This document shows, piece by piece, positions 63,731 to 64,000 of a stretch of DNA of 64,000 nt (position 1 is its first letter; every line of letters begins with the position of its first letter). The DNA is taken from positions 1 to 64,000 of the IMG/VR virus record IMGVR_UViG_3300003323_000257. One strand, 5' to 3'. The notes below the pieces were generated by a model. The model was given only the letters and a program-made list of their open reading frames with translations, was not told the DNA's origin and made no database searches. The stretch is from a virus. Position numbers and translations under genes: made by a program.

Positions 63731-63736
63731 TAAATA
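63728..63736 (+). promoter_or_regulatory. putative late promoter TAGTAAATA
   Basis: Overlaps upstream TAG stop. Confidence 0.6.
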
Positions 63737-63829
63737 AATCTGCGTCATTGAGACGCTTCGCTTCCTGGATGGGCGTCCATCGCCAGGCGTTAGTGGGCAA
63801 CGAAACCACTCAACCAAAGGAGAAGTACC

Positions 63830-64000
63830 ATGAAACAAACCAATACCCCAATCGGTCACGAGTTTCTGAATAGGCTGTCGGACGATCAGATCGTCAAGGC
63901 TGTACGACATAATATTCCGATCTTCATGGGAGAGCGTAATAGCAAAGGCGGTCTGAGTTTCAAATGCCCAGCCTGCAAACGCAAACATCATCACGACGCT
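63830..64000 (+). CDS. hypothetical Zn-finger protein, partial (runs off window end)
   Basis: RBS AAGGAG; ...CPACKRKHHH. Confidence 0.65.
   Translation, partial: MKQTNTPIGHEFLNRLSDDQIVKAVRHNIPIFMGERNSKGGLSFKCPACKRKHHHDA

Noticed and set aside
1-64000. tRNA, rRNA genes, integrase, transposase or introns in polA/thyX
   Set aside because: No T-arm/cloverleaf patterns or recombinase motifs were recognised by eye; polA and thyX read as continuous ORFs. tRNAscan/Infernal would be needed to exclude divergent RNAs.

Overview
This is a segment of a large (jumbo-type) dsDNA bacteriophage genome. No rRNA, tRNA or CRISPR array was seen. About 130 tightly packed ORFs form two divergent blocks. The leftward block (1-25.9 kb) is mostly small hypothetical genes plus an Mre11/SbcD nuclease, a stand-alone terminase-ATPase-like protein, HTH paralogs, and a GIY-YIG-like + rolling-circle-Rep-like pair. 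The rightward block (26.1-64 kb) carries NUDIX, KptA/Tpt1, a 5'-nucleotidase, an AAA+ ATPase, a family A DNA polymerase, an HNH endonuclease, primase, spanins, ThyX, a SWIM-finger protein and a divergent sigma factor. A recurrent (T)AGTAAATA motif, always in gene orientation, looks like a phage late promoter. The strongest lead is a 7.3 kb 7-deazaguanine DNA-modification cluster (queD, dpdL-like, dpdA-like, queE, folE; no queC in the window). It is interleaved with a GT-B glycosyltransferase, a P-loop NTPase, a HAD phosphatase and two orphans, suggesting an uncharacterised guanine hypermodification pathway. Other leads are the Rep/GIY-YIG module flanked by repeats at the strand switch, and several candidate anti-defence proteins (YefM-like peptide, Tad2-like, Acb4-like). 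Some protein families hint at a Burkholderiales host (inference). All family calls come from motif recognition by eye, not database searches. Some start codons were adjusted from the ORF track using RBS and overlap logic.
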